DNA from: Myxococcota bacterium
GTDB lineage: Bacteria > Myxococcota > XYA12-FULL-58-9 > JALHOP01
DNA length: 55,596 nucleotides
Reading direction: 5' to 3'
Assembly (NCBI GenBank): GCA_041288095.1
Contig: JBGGMJ010000053.1
Coordinates: 1-55,596 of the forward strand
The notes beneath the pieces are model-generated. The model was not told the DNA's origin. It did not search any database and saw only the letters and a program-made list of their open reading frames with translations. Below are positions 30,795 through 40,885 of this stretch, piece by piece (position 1 is the first letter of the stretch; each line of letters starts with the position of its first letter). Made by a program: the position numbers and the translations under genes.

Positions 30795-31628
30795 ATGAAA
30801 ATGACTCTCAAGCTACTTGCCGCCCTCGGCATTTTCGTTTCCGCCGCTTGCGCTACCACCAAGAGCACTGGTGCCCACGCCGACCCCGAGACCGTCGCGA
30901 AGATCGAACGTGTGCTCGCGGAATCGCACCGCACCGACGAAGAGCGTGCCCGCGACATGTACCGTCATCCGGCGCAGACGCTCGCGTTCTTCGGGCTGCA
31001 CGACAACATGACCGTGGTCGAGCTCTTCCCCGGCCGTGGCTGGTTCACCGCCGTGCTCGCGCCCGTTTTGGCGGACAAGGGTCGGCTCGTGCTGCCCATC
31101 GCCGATCCGAATGGGCCCGAGGATGGCGAGGGCGTGAAGTACGCCAAAGCGCTGACCGCGCGCATGGCAGCCGCGCCCGACAAGTTCAGCAAGGCGCAGA
31201 CTCGCATCCAGCCGATGGACGCTTGGGACCTGGGCCCCGCGGGCAGCGCCGACATGGTCGTCACGTTCCGTAGCTTGCACAACCTCAAGCCGGCGGAGCT
31301 CGAGCATCTCCTCGAAGCGGTGCACACGGTCTTGAAGCCCGGCGGCGTTCTGGGTGTCGAGGATCACCGCGCCAACCCCGGCGCCGATCCGGCCAAGGGC
31401 GGCGACACCGGCTACGTCCCGGAAGAGTGGGTCATCAAGACCATCGAGGCGAAGGGGTTCACCCTCGACGCCAAGAGCGAGATCAACGCCAACCCGAAGG
31501 ACACCAAGGACTATCCCGAAGGTGTTTGGACGCTGCCACCGACGCTCGCGCTCAAGGAGCAGGATCGCGACAAGTACGTCGCCATCGGCGAGAGCGACCG
31601 TATGACCCTCCGCTTCGTCCGCAAGTAG
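30795..31628 (+). CDS. Class I SAM-dependent methyltransferase-like lipoprotein (COG4798-type)
   Basis: Lipobox IFVSAAC; RHPAQTLAFFG...TVVELFPGRGWFT, ADMVVTFRSLH, LKPGG and GVWTLPPT...IGESDRMTLRF. Confidence 0.88.
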   Translation: MKMTLKLLAALGIFVSAACATTKSTGAHADPETVAKIERVLAESHRTDEERARDMYRHPAQTLAFFGLHDNMTVVELFPGRGWFTAVLAPVLADKGRLVLPIADPNGPEDGEGVKYAKALTARMAAAPDKFSKAQTRIQPMDAWDLGPAGSADMVVTFRSLHNLKPAELEHLLEAVHTVLKPGGVLGVEDHRANPGADPAKGGDTGYVPEEWVIKTIEAKGFTLDAKSEINANPKDTKDYPEGVWTLPPTLALKEQDRDKYVAIGESDRMTLRFVRK

Positions 31629-31632
31629 TCGC

Positions 31633-32286
31633 TCAGCGGCGAGCAAGCCACGCTTCGCAGCGCGGCGCGGCCCCAGGTCGCGCCGCTGCTGCGCGAGCGA
31701 GCTCCTCGAGATCTGCTTCGTCGTCGACGTCGAAGCTCTCGGGCAGCAGCCGCACCCCAAGCCCGAGCCTCCGGCAGCGCGCCAGCGTTTCCCGGGTGAC
31801 GTGCTCACTGCTCCACGGCATGTGTTCGAGCAGCTCGGGGACCAGGCGGCGCATGCCGATCGCCCAGTATCCGCCATCGCGGCTCGGGCCGACGACGACG
31901 TCGTGCTCATCGTCCGCCAACGCAATTTGCAGGGCGTCGAGCGGGACGAACGGCGCATCGCTGCCCACGCAAATGACGGGTGCGCCGGCGGCGCTGAGCG
32001 TCGCGAACGCGTCGATGAGCCGCGCCGTGAGGTCGCCCGTATGCTGCGGCACGACCTCCCACCCCTCCGGAGCGAGCGCCGTCAGGGTCGTGATGCCGTC
32101 ATGCTCGGACGCCGCCAGTAAGACTCTTCGCGCGTTTGTTATCGTGGACAGGCGCGCGAGCGTATCCAGAAGCAGCGCTTCATAGAGGCTCGCCGCCGCC
32201 TCGTCGCCGATGGTCGCAGCGAGGCGCGTCTTGCAGCGGCCCGGGAGCGGCGCCCGCGCGAACATGCAGAGCACCGGCAGGGTCAC
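31633..32286 (-). CDS. DUF2064/TIGR04282-family glycosyltransferase-like protein
   Basis: FARAPLPGRCKTRLA, GSDAP, GPSRDGGYW and DVDDEADL motifs. Confidence 0.88.
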   Translation of the reverse strand: MTLPVLCMFARAPLPGRCKTRLAATIGDEAAASLYEALLLDTLARLSTITNARRVLLAASEHDGITTLTALAPEGWEVVPQHTGDLTARLIDAFATLSAAGAPVICVGSDAPFVPLDALQIALADDEHDVVVGPSRDGGYWAIGMRRLVPELLEHMPWSSEHVTRETLARCRRLGLGVRLLPESFDVDDEADLEELARAAAARPGAAPRCEAWLARR

Positions 32287-32287
32287 G

Positions 32288-33145
32288 TCAGGTCACGAGC
32301 TCGTCGGCGATCGTGTTCTTCAAGTGACCGACGCCGTCGATGATCACCTCGATGGTGTCGCCGGCCTTCATGAACACCGGCGGCGTGCGTTTGGCGCCGA
32401 CACCCGAGGGAGTCCCGGTCGCGACGACGTCCCCGGGAAGGAGCTTCGTGAAGCTCGTGATGTAAGCGACGATCTGCGCGACCGAGAAGATCATCTGCCC
32501 GAGAGTCGCCGACTGCATGACCTGTCCGTTCAAGCGGGTCGTCAGCGACCGCGCGCCGAAGTCGGTCAGCTCGTCGGGCGTGACGAGCTCCGGGCCCAAT
32601 GCCGCGGTGGAAGGGAAGTTCTTGCCCGGGACGAACTGGCTGGTGTGCCGCTGCCAGTCGCGCAGCGTCGCATCGTTGAAGCAGGTGAAGCCGGCGACGT
32701 GGCTCATCGCCGTCTCCGCCTTCACTCCCTTGGATTCGCGGCCGATGACGAATGCGAGCTCGCCCTCGAAATCGAGCGAGGTGGAAACTCGCGGCCGCAC
32801 GATCGTGCCGTTGTGTCCGACGAGCGTGTCGGTGAAGCGCGTAAACAGAGTGGGGTAGCTCGCGACTTCGCGTCCCATCTCTTGGCGGTGCTCGTCGTAG
32901 TTCACGCCGACGCAGATCATCTTGTTCGGCTTGGGCACCACCGGCAGGAGCTGCACCTCCTCGAGTCGATAGTCCGCGTCCCAGCCGGCATCGAGCACGG
33001 GAGCGGCGTCGAGAGCCTTCGCCTCGAGGTACGTGGCGAGGTCCGGGAGGATGCGGCCGAAGCGGGCGCCGAGGTCGACGATGCCTCCATGCTGCAGGGC
33101 GCCGAAGCTGGAGCGCCCTTGGACCGTGAATGAGACGAAGCGCAT
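32288..33145 (-). CDS. Fumarylacetoacetate hydrolase family protein
   Basis: ICVGVNY, LDFEGELAFVIG, FNDATLRDWQ, GKNF and PGDVVATGTPSGVG. Confidence 0.93.
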   Translation of the reverse strand: MRFVSFTVQGRSSFGALQHGGIVDLGARFGRILPDLATYLEAKALDAAPVLDAGWDADYRLEEVQLLPVVPKPNKMICVGVNYDEHRQEMGREVASYPTLFTRFTDTLVGHNGTIVRPRVSTSLDFEGELAFVIGRESKGVKAETAMSHVAGFTCFNDATLRDWQRHTSQFVPGKNFPSTAALGPELVTPDELTDFGARSLTTRLNGQVMQSATLGQMIFSVAQIVAYITSFTKLLPGDVVATGTPSGVGAKRTPPVFMKAGDTIEVIIDGVGHLKNTIADELVT

Positions 33146-33387
33146 GGCGGCAAAACCCTTAAGCCTTTTGACTGCGAAAACAAATACCTATGGCCACACA
33201 CAGTGTCAGCCGGCCACACCCGAAATGACACGGTGCGGCTTGCACGGGTTGCTCAATCGGCGCCGTCCGGGTAATTTGCGCAGTATTCTCGTGTGGGTTA
33301 CGCTTACCTCGCGAGCCTGTTTCCCAGCGTGGTGTCCCCCGCGGGGAGTCAAGCCTTTCGTATTCTCAAGCTTCGGAGCCGCCCAGT

Positions 33388-35142
33388 ATGCGGTTTGCCT
33401 GCGACAGTTGTGGCGCCCAATACATGATCGCTGACGAAAAGGTCGGCGCTCGTGGCGTCAAAGTTAAATGCAAGAAGTGCGGCAACATGATTGTCGTCAA
33501 GCCCGCCGCCGAAGCCGCGGCGGCGCCTGCGTCGACTATGGCGGACCCAGGGCTCGGTGCTGGTGTCGCGTCGAGCGGCATGAGCTCGATGAGCGCGTCC
33601 GGTATGGGCGGCTCCTTCGGCGAAACGCAGACGAGTAGCCCAGCACCGCAAAGTGAGCTGGGCGGCGCGTTCAGCTCGATGTTCGGCGGCACCCAAGGCA
33701 CGGAAGAAGCTCCCGCGGCCACGAGCAGCGACACCAACGGCTCGTACACCAACGGCAATCACGCGAACGACGGTGGCGGCGACAGCGGCGCCTTCGGCTT
33801 CCAGAGCTCCTTCGGCGGCCATCAGGGTGGTGACACCGACATGGCGCTCGGCCAACTCGAGCAACCACAAGCTCCGGTCTCGAGCGATCGTGGCGGTGAG
33901 CGCGTTTGGTACGTCGCCATCGAGGACGCTCAGGTCGGTCCGGTGAACCTCGCCGAGGTCGAAGAGCGCTGGGACAACAAAGAGATCGATGAAGACACGC
34001 TCGTGTGGAAGGCCGGTATGGCGGACTGGATTCCGCTGGTCGACGTTCCCGAGCTTGCCTACTTGATCACCGAGCGCCCGCAAGTGCAGCGCAGCATGGC
34101 GCGCAGTGGTGCCACGGCCGCGGCCGGCTCGGCGATGGGCATGCAGGCTTATGCGCCGCAAGAGATGGCGGACGAGCCGTCGTGGCGTCCGTCCGCGGCG
34201 AGCGCCTTGTCGTCGCTCGTGCAAGAAGAGCTGGTCGCCAAGAAACCCGATGCTCCGGAGCCGGCCTCGGCACCGAAGGGCATGGAGAGCCTCGGCCTCA
34301 ACATTGGCGCGAACGATATCTTCGGCTCCGGTAACTCCGGGGGCGGCACGCCCATCACCATGGGTCAGCCCGCCGCGGCTACGTCGACGCCCGCCGCCGA
34401 CACGTTCTCGTCGAGTGGCAGCCCGGCTTGGTCCGTCCCCAGCGCGCGCCGCAACACCGGCAGTGGCCTGGGCACGAAGATCGTCGTCGGCTTGCTCTTC
34501 CTCGCGGTCCTCGGCCTCGGCGGCTTCATGTTCCACATGATGCAGCAGCAGCGGAAAGAAACGATCATCGTCAAAGAGGTGCAGGCACCGGCTCCGGCTC
34601 CGACGCCGCCACCGGTCCCCGTCGACCCGAACGCGCCTCCGGTCGCGCCGCCGATGCCTCCGCCGGTCGCCAAGAACGACCCGCCTGCCAAGGCGAAGAC
34701 GCACAACAACGACCCGGATCGCGATCGCGACAGGACGCCCGAGAAGGCCAAGACCAAGGCGCCGAAGCCAAGCGACGATCCGCTAGAGCAGATCGAGCAG
34801 GGCCAGAAGCAGCAGCAGCAACAGCAACAGGCCGCGGTCAAGGAAGCGCTCTCGAAGGAAGACATCATCGACGGCGTGAAGGCCAACGGCTCGAAGCTCG
34901 GCCCGTGCGTTACCGCGGCGCGATCGAAGGAAGAGATCCAACCGGGGCGCGTGCAGTTCGTCCTCGACTGGAACATCAACCCGAACGGCTCGGTCACCGC
35001 GGCCCGCCTCAAGGGCCCGCAAGAGGTGATGAACACCTCGCTGCCTTCGTGCTTCGCGCGTGTCATGGGCTCGTGGAAGTTCGCCGCGTCGAAGAGTGGC
35101 GCGCCGATTACCAACTTCCCGCTGCCCATCACGGTGCGCTAG
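33388..35142 (+). CDS. gltJ: GltJ/AgmX: Zn-ribbon + GYF_2 + TM + Pro-rich linker + TonB-C-like domain
   Basis: MRFACDSCGAQY...KVKCKKCG zinc ribbon; WYVAIEDAQVGP...TLVWKAGMADW GYF_2; TM; C-terminal CV...WNINPNGSV...CF...WKF. Confidence 0.9.
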   Translation: MRFACDSCGAQYMIADEKVGARGVKVKCKKCGNMIVVKPAAEAAAAPASTMADPGLGAGVASSGMSSMSASGMGGSFGETQTSSPAPQSELGGAFSSMFGGTQGTEEAPAATSSDTNGSYTNGNHANDGGGDSGAFGFQSSFGGHQGGDTDMALGQLEQPQAPVSSDRGGERVWYVAIEDAQVGPVNLAEVEERWDNKEIDEDTLVWKAGMADWIPLVDVPELAYLITERPQVQRSMARSGATAAAGSAMGMQAYAPQEMADEPSWRPSAASALSSLVQEELVAKKPDAPEPASAPKGMESLGLNIGANDIFGSGNSGGGTPITMGQPAAATSTPAADTFSSSGSPAWSVPSARRNTGSGLGTKIVVGLLFLAVLGLGGFMFHMMQQQRKETIIVKEVQAPAPAPTPPPVPVDPNAPPVAPPMPPPVAKNDPPAKAKTHNNDPDRDRDRTPEKAKTKAPKPSDDPLEQIEQGQKQQQQQQQAAVKEALSKEDIIDGVKANGSKLGPCVTAARSKEEIQPGRVQFVLDWNINPNGSVTAARLKGPQEVMNTSLPSCFARVMGSWKFAASKSGAPITNFPLPITVR

Positions 35143-35151
35143 TCTCGCCCG

Positions 35152-37410
35152 GTGTCTGACGCGCTAGTCGGGAAATCAGTTCCGCGAAAAGAGGGCCCGG
35201 ACAAGGTCACCGGACGGGCCCGCTATATCGATGACATGCGCATGCCGGGCATGCTCCACGGCGTGACCGTGCGCAGTCCGGTGTCGCGTGGACGCCTGCG
35301 CGGCGTCACCTTCGGCGAGGGTATTCCCTGGAGCGAGATCATCGTGGTCTCGGCCGCCGACATCCCTGCCGAGAGCAATCACGTCGCGCTCCTCACCAAC
35401 GACCAGCCTTTCCTCGCCGACAAGGAGCTACGCCACGCCGAGGAACCGGTGCTCCTGCTCGCGCACGCCGATCGCCATCTTTTGGAGCGGGCGCGCAACG
35501 CCGTGCGCTTCGACATCGAGAAGCTTCCGCCGCTCTACGATATCGATAAGTCCCTCGCCAAAGATCCAGTGATCTGGGGCGAGGACAACCTGTTCAAGGA
35601 ATACAACCTCACCAAGGGCGACGTCGACACGGCATTCGCGAGGGGCGACGTGGTCGTCGTCGAGGGCGAATACTCGACCGGCGCCCAAGAGCAGCTCTAC
35701 ATCGAGAACAACGGCGTCATCGCGGTCGCCGACGAACAATCGGTCACCGTGTGGGGCTCGTTGCAATGCCCTTACTACGTGCACAAAGCCTTGCTGGGTT
35801 TGTTCGGCTTGCCGGCCGACAAGATCCGCGTCGTGCAGGCCGAGACCGGCGGTGGCTTCGGCGGCAAGGAAGAGTATCCGTCGCTCATCGCTGGGCACGC
35901 GGCGTTGCTCGCGCGCAAGGCCAAGAAGCCGGTGAAGATGGTCTACGACCGCGCCGAAGACATGGTCGCGACAACCAAGCGCCATCCGTCGCGTACCAAG
36001 CACCGCACCGCCGTGACCAAGGACGGCACCATCGTCGCGATGGACATCGATTTCGTGATCGACGGCGGCGCCTACAACACCTTGTCGCCGGTCGTGCTGT
36101 CGCGCGGCACCATTCACGCCGCCGGGCCCTACAAGATCGACAACGTGCGCATCCGGGCTCGTGCCGTCGCCACCAGTCACCCGCCGCACGGTGCCTTCCG
36201 TGGTTTCGGCGCGCCGCAGAGCATTTTCGGGCTCGAGCGGCACATGAACAAGATCGCGCGCGTGGTCGGGCTCTCCCCCGAAGCACTGCGCCTCAAGAAT
36301 TTCATCAAGCAAGGCGATACGACGGCGACGCATCAACTCCTCAAGGAGCCGGTCGACATGCCCGGGATCTTGAAGCGCGCGCTCGCGGAAGCGGACTACG
36401 ACGCCAAGCGCAAACGCTTCGCGCGCGAGAACCAAGGTAGCAGCGTCAAGCGCGGTGTCGGCTTCGCGAGCTTCATGCACGGGTCGGGCTTCACCGGCTC
36501 CGGAGAGAAGTATCTCGCCTCGGTGGTCGGCGCGTCGGGCACCGCCGACGGCAGGGTCCGAATACTCGCGGCGAGCACCGAGATTGGCCAAGGCACCAAC
36601 ACGGTGTTCACCCAGATCGCGGCGCAAGCCCTCGGCCTCGAGTGGGATGACGTGGAAATCGCGCAGCCAGACACCGCGGTTGTCCCCAATAGCGGACCAA
36701 CCGTGGCGTCGCGCACGACCATGGTCGTCGGCAAGCTGGTCGAGCAGGCGGCGCTGGGCATCAAGCAGATCCTGGTGCAGGCCGGTGTCCTCGGAGAGAG
36801 CTACACCTCGCCGCAGTTCCGCGCCGCCGTGAAGGCGTATCTCGCGAGCGTCGGTCCGCTGCGCTCGACGGCTCAATACACTCCGCCGGACGGTATCTCC
36901 TGGGACGACCAGAGCTATCGCGGCGACGCCTACGGCACGTACGCTTGGGCGGTTTATGTGGCGACAGTCGCCGTGGATACCGTGACCTACGAGGCGCGCG
37001 TCGAGGATTTCGTCGCGCTCCAAGAGGTCGGTCGCGTCATTCACCCGGTGCTTGCCGCCGGCCAGATCGAGGGCGGTGTCGCGCAAGGCATCGGCTTCGC
37101 GGTCTTCGAGAACGTGGTGTGGCGTGAAGGTCGCATGGCGAACGGCCAGTTCACCAACTACATCGTGCCCACGAGCGTCGACGTGCCTCCCATTCGCGTG
37201 TTCTTCGACGAAGTTCCGTACCCGCACGGCCCCTCGGGCGCCAAGGGCATCGGCGAGCTGCCGATGGACGGTCCCGCTCCCGCCATCGTCAACGCCATCG
37301 AAGACGCTCTGGGGGCGCCGCATTCGGCGTTGCATCACGTGCCGCTCATGCCCGAGCAGCTCATGCACGCCGTCGACGACCTCGCCGCGGCCGGGAGGAA
37401 GAGCGCATGA
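35152..37410 (+). CDS. Xanthine dehydrogenase-family molybdopterin-binding large subunit
   Basis: KVTGRARYIDD, GGGFGGKE, AFRGFGAPQ, EIGQG, GQIEGGVAQG and AKGIGE motifs. Confidence 0.95.
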   Translation: MSDALVGKSVPRKEGPDKVTGRARYIDDMRMPGMLHGVTVRSPVSRGRLRGVTFGEGIPWSEIIVVSAADIPAESNHVALLTNDQPFLADKELRHAEEPVLLLAHADRHLLERARNAVRFDIEKLPPLYDIDKSLAKDPVIWGEDNLFKEYNLTKGDVDTAFARGDVVVVEGEYSTGAQEQLYIENNGVIAVADEQSVTVWGSLQCPYYVHKALLGLFGLPADKIRVVQAETGGGFGGKEEYPSLIAGHAALLARKAKKPVKMVYDRAEDMVATTKRHPSRTKHRTAVTKDGTIVAMDIDFVIDGGAYNTLSPVVLSRGTIHAAGPYKIDNVRIRARAVATSHPPHGAFRGFGAPQSIFGLERHMNKIARVVGLSPEALRLKNFIKQGDTTATHQLLKEPVDMPGILKRALAEADYDAKRKRFARENQGSSVKRGVGFASFMHGSGFTGSGEKYLASVVGASGTADGRVRILAASTEIGQGTNTVFTQIAAQALGLEWDDVEIAQPDTAVVPNSGPTVASRTTMVVGKLVEQAALGIKQILVQAGVLGESYTSPQFRAAVKAYLASVGPLRSTAQYTPPDGISWDDQSYRGDAYGTYAWAVYVATVAVDTVTYEARVEDFVALQEVGRVIHPVLAAGQIEGGVAQGIGFAVFENVVWREGRMANGQFTNYIVPTSVDVPPIRVFFDEVPYPHGPSGAKGIGELPMDGPAPAIVNAIEDALGAPHSALHHVPLMPEQLMHAVDDLAAAGRKSA

Positions 37411-37883
37411 AGAACGCCGTCCGCTGCAGCGTCAACGGGACGCCCTGTGCCTTCACCGCGCCGCCGATGGCGCGTCTCCTCGACGTGCTCCGCGAAGAGG
37501 TCAGCCTCACCGGCACCAAGGAAGGGTGCGGCGAAGGTGAATGTGGCGCCTGCACCGTCATCATGGACGGGCGCATCGTGAACAGTTGCTTGGTACCAGC
37601 GCTCCAAGCCGAGGGTGCGTCCATCACCACGATCGAAGGCATCGCCAAGGGCGAAGTGTTGCACGCGGTGCAGACTGCTTTCGTTACGCATGGTGGCGCC
37701 CAGTGCGGCATGTGCACGCCGGGCATGGTCATCGCCGCGGTCGATCTGCTCGAGCGCATCCCCAGCCCCGATGAAGCCCAGATCCGCGAAGGTCTCGCCG
37801 GCAACATCTGCCGCTGCACCGGCTACACCAAGATCTTCGACGCCGTCCGCGAAGCGGCTCGTTTGCTCGCGAGCGCCGCATGA
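37407..37883 (+). CDS. Xanthine dehydrogenase-family (2Fe-2S)-binding small subunit
   Basis: GTKEGCGEGECGACT, QCGMCTPG and GNICRCTGY. Confidence 0.97.
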   Translation: MKNAVRCSVNGTPCAFTAPPMARLLDVLREEVSLTGTKEGCGEGECGACTVIMDGRIVNSCLVPALQAEGASITTIEGIAKGEVLHAVQTAFVTHGGAQCGMCTPGMVIAAVDLLERIPSPDEAQIREGLAGNICRCTGYTKIFDAVREAARLLASAA

Positions 37884-38740
37884 GAGGCGACGCGCATGCC
37901 CATGCGCTGGTCGCTCCAGCGGACTTGAACGGCGCGCTGGCATTGCTCGCCGACAAGAGTGGTTACCGCGTCCTCGCGGGCGGCACCGACATGATGGTCG
38001 CGTTCGAGCGCGGGCTCTTGAAGGAGTCGCGACTCGTCAGCATCTGGCACCTGGCCGAGCTGCGAGGCATCCGCGTCGACGGACCCCACCTGGTCATGGG
38101 CGCACTCACGACCTACACCGACCTCATCGAGTCTCCATTGGTGGTCGAGAACGCGCCGACCCTCGCGGCCGCGGCGCGTGACACCGCCGCAGTCGCCATC
38201 CGCAATCGCGGTACGGTCGGCGGCAACATCGCCAACGCCTCGCCCGCGGCGGACCTGCCGCCAGCGCTCTTGGTGCACGACTGCGAGGTGGAGCTCCGAT
38301 CGTCATCGGGCGCCCGCTGGGTCGACTACGCCGGGTTCCACACCGGTTACAAGACGACGGTGATGCGGCCTGACGAGCTGATCGCCAGGGTGCGTGTGCC
38401 GTTGTCGAGCGAGCCCCTGCGCCATTTCTATCGCAAGGTCGGCACGCGCAAGGCGCAAGCCATTTCGAAGGTGTGCATCGCCGCGACTGTCCGCCCCGGC
38501 GGTGTGGCGCGTGTCGCTTTCGGCAGTGTTGCTCCGACCGTCGTGCGCGCACGCGGCGTCGAACGCGAGCTCGAGACCGTGCTCGCCAAAGGCCCGCTCA
38601 CGCCGGAGGCGGTCGCGCGCATCGTGGGCATGGGCGTCACCGAGGCGACGCCCATCGACGACATCCGCTCCACCGCCGACTACCGAGCTCGCGTCACGCG
38701 CAACGTCTTGCGCGAGTGCCTCATGAGCTTTACCGCGTGA
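37880..38740 (+). CDS. Xanthine dehydrogenase-family FAD-binding medium subunit
   Basis: LAGGTD, IRNRGTVGGNIANASPAAD and PIDDIRSTADYR. Confidence 0.95.
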   Translation: MRGDAHAHALVAPADLNGALALLADKSGYRVLAGGTDMMVAFERGLLKESRLVSIWHLAELRGIRVDGPHLVMGALTTYTDLIESPLVVENAPTLAAAARDTAAVAIRNRGTVGGNIANASPAADLPPALLVHDCEVELRSSSGARWVDYAGFHTGYKTTVMRPDELIARVRVPLSSEPLRHFYRKVGTRKAQAISKVCIAATVRPGGVARVAFGSVAPTVVRARGVERELETVLAKGPLTPEAVARIVGMGVTEATPIDDIRSTADYRARVTRNVLRECLMSFTA

Positions 38741-39510
38741 GTGACGGCGCTTGGGACTGGGCTGGCGCCGTCCAAGCGGCGATGTCGGCTGGCCGGCCCA
38801 TCGCTCTCGTCACCTTGGTGCGCTGCGAGGGCTCGACGCCACGCGCCGTCGGCGCCAAGATGCTCGTCGATGCCAATGGACTCTTCGCGGGGAGCATCGG
38901 TGGTGGGGCTCTCGAAGAGCACGCCATCGGCGAAGCCAAGGCGTGTCTCGAGAGCGGGCAGAGTAAGCTCCTGCACCTGGCGCTCGGGCCGGAGCTCGGC
39001 CAGTGCTGTGGTGGGGCCGTCGACGTCTTCTGTGAAATCGTGAGCGGCGGGCCGGAGCTCTACCTCTTCGGCGCCGGGCACGTCGCGCGTGAGGTCGTGG
39101 CGGTGCTCGAGGGCACGCCGTTTCGCTTGCACCTCGTCGACGAGCGCGAGGAGTGGCTGCGCTCCGAGGCCGTGAGCGCCCGTGTGGCGCGCCACGAGTC
39201 GTGGGAGGACGTGGCCCGCGCGACCGGATGGTCGGCGCGGACGAGCTATGTCGCGGTCATGACCCACAGCCATCAGCTCGATGAAGACATCGTGCGCGCG
39301 TTGCTGGACAAGCCGCTCCGCTATCTCGGCCTCATCGGTAGCGCCACGAAGTGGACGCGCATCAAGAAACGGTTGCACGCGCGTGGTGCGGAGCCGGCGG
39401 CCATCGAGCGGGTGCGTTGCCCCATCGGGTTGGATATCGGTGGCAAGTCTCCCCGTGAGGTCGCGATTAGTCTCGCGGCCGAGCTCATCTCCCTGGTCAA
39501 CGGCAAGTGA
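38737..39510 (+). CDS. xdhC: Xanthine dehydrogenase accessory protein XdhC
   Basis: GSTPR..GAKMLV, GSIGGGALE, LGQCCGG, LFGAGHV, MTHSHQLD, YLGLIGS and CPIG. GTG at 38737 overlaps the upstream TGA. Confidence 0.92.
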   Translation: MSDGAWDWAGAVQAAMSAGRPIALVTLVRCEGSTPRAVGAKMLVDANGLFAGSIGGGALEEHAIGEAKACLESGQSKLLHLALGPELGQCCGGAVDVFCEIVSGGPELYLFGAGHVAREVVAVLEGTPFRLHLVDEREEWLRSEAVSARVARHESWEDVARATGWSARTSYVAVMTHSHQLDEDIVRALLDKPLRYLGLIGSATKWTRIKKRLHARGAEPAAIERVRCPIGLDIGGKSPREVAISLAAELISLVNGK

Positions 39511-40103
39511 TCGCCGGGGTGTTGCTCGCGGGTGGGGAGGGGCGCCGCATGGGCCGACCCAAGGGTCTCGTGACCATCGGCGGCGAGCCAATGGTGTCGT
39601 TCCAACTGGCGCGCCTACAGGCCGCCATGGTGCGCGACGTGCGCATCGTCGTCGGCGAGAACCGCCCGGCGTATCTCGAAGCGATGCCCGAGCTCGCGCC
39701 ATGCCTGGTCGACGATCCGCGGTGCTCCCATGGTCCGTTCGGCTCGCTATGCGCCGGCATCGAAGCGCTCGAGCCGTACGTCTGGGAGCAACTCTTGGTG
39801 CTACCCATCGACGTGCCGTGTTGCTCGCCGTCCATCATCGCGATGTTGCGCTCGATGTCCGCTGAGGCGGCCGTGCCTCGACATGGCGGTTACGGTGGCC
39901 ATCCCGTGATTCTCTCGCGCAATTTCGCGGAGTCGCTGTTGCGGCGCGACGTCACGAGCTCGCGGCTCGACCACGTGTTGCGCGAGCTGGCGCCCGGAGC
40001 CCGGCGCGACGTCAACGTCGACGAGGCCGACGTCATCGCCGACTTGAACACGCCGGCGGACGTGGCGCGCTTCGAGGCTTCGCGACGGTCGGAACGGATC
40101 TAG
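39507..40103 (+). CDS. Molybdenum cofactor nucleotidyltransferase (MocA/MobA-like)
   Basis: LLAGGEGRRMGRPKGL, PIDVP, GGHPV and DLNTPAD; last gene of the xdh operon. Confidence 0.85.
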   Translation: MIAGVLLAGGEGRRMGRPKGLVTIGGEPMVSFQLARLQAAMVRDVRIVVGENRPAYLEAMPELAPCLVDDPRCSHGPFGSLCAGIEALEPYVWEQLLVLPIDVPCCSPSIIAMLRSMSAEAAVPRHGGYGGHPVILSRNFAESLLRRDVTSSRLDHVLRELAPGARRDVNVDEADVIADLNTPADVARFEASRRSERI

Positions 40104-40885
40104 AGAACGAGCCCCAAGGACAAGCGCGGCATGAAGCGCGGGGCGAGCTCGCCGACGCCCACCAGCAGGGCGAAGCTCGTCCACAAGCGGCCACGCGCGT
40201 AGGCCGCGGTCGGGCCCAAGAAGAACCACCGGCGCTCGGGTACGGGCAGAGGAACGGGACCCAGCCCGATGCCGGTCCCCATGGTGATCTGGTGCCGGTA
40301 CTCGGCGCCAACCAAGAGCTGCTCGAAGAGCGGGAACGGCGTTACCGCACCGAGGCCGAGCTGGTGCTCGTGAAAGCCGTCGGTTGCCTTGAAATCGGTG
40401 TTCAGACCGATGTCGAAGGAGACGTGCTGGCGACGTGGGTCGCCGATGGTGCCGACGAACTGGATGGTCAACCACGGCACCGACCAGTACGGACCTTCGT
40501 CGGGATGGCCGAAGTTTTGCTGCCAGCCCACCCGCAATTGCGGACGGAACAGCAGCGTCTCGTCAATCGGGTCGAAGAAAGCGTAGCGGCCCTCGATGCC
40601 GAAAGCGATCAGGCGCGTTGCCGCCTTGTTGGCGTTGATCTGCCACGGCAGCGCCAACTCGAGGCGCTCGCTCACGCCAACGATCGGGCTGAACCACAAC
40701 CAGCCACTGCTAGCGCCGGGGACGTCATCGACGTAGGCGCGCGACCAGAGCCACTGCTCGATCTCGACGACGCCCGGTGGGAGTTGCGTCGCGTCCGGCG
40801 TGAAGCCGAGCGTGCGGCGACCGGCTTGTGCGCTACCGCAGACGAGCGAGGCCAAGGCCAGGGTGGCCCACGTCGTGCGTTTCAC
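40100..40885 (-). CDS. Putative outer-membrane beta-barrel protein
   Basis: Signal peptide (SAQA) and alternating aromatic/hydrophobic strands (EIEQW, ERLELALP, PRLSLGLVL). Overlaps the kinase stop. Confidence 0.6.
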   Translation of the reverse strand: MKRTTWATLALASLVCGSAQAGRRTLGFTPDATQLPPGVVEIEQWLWSRAYVDDVPGASSGWLWFSPIVGVSERLELALPWQINANKAATRLIAFGIEGRYAFFDPIDETLLFRPQLRVGWQQNFGHPDEGPYWSVPWLTIQFVGTIGDPRRQHVSFDIGLNTDFKATDGFHEHQLGLGAVTPFPLFEQLLVGAEYRHQITMGTGIGLGPVPLPVPERRWFFLGPTAAYARGRLWTSFALLVGVGELAPRFMPRLSLGLVL

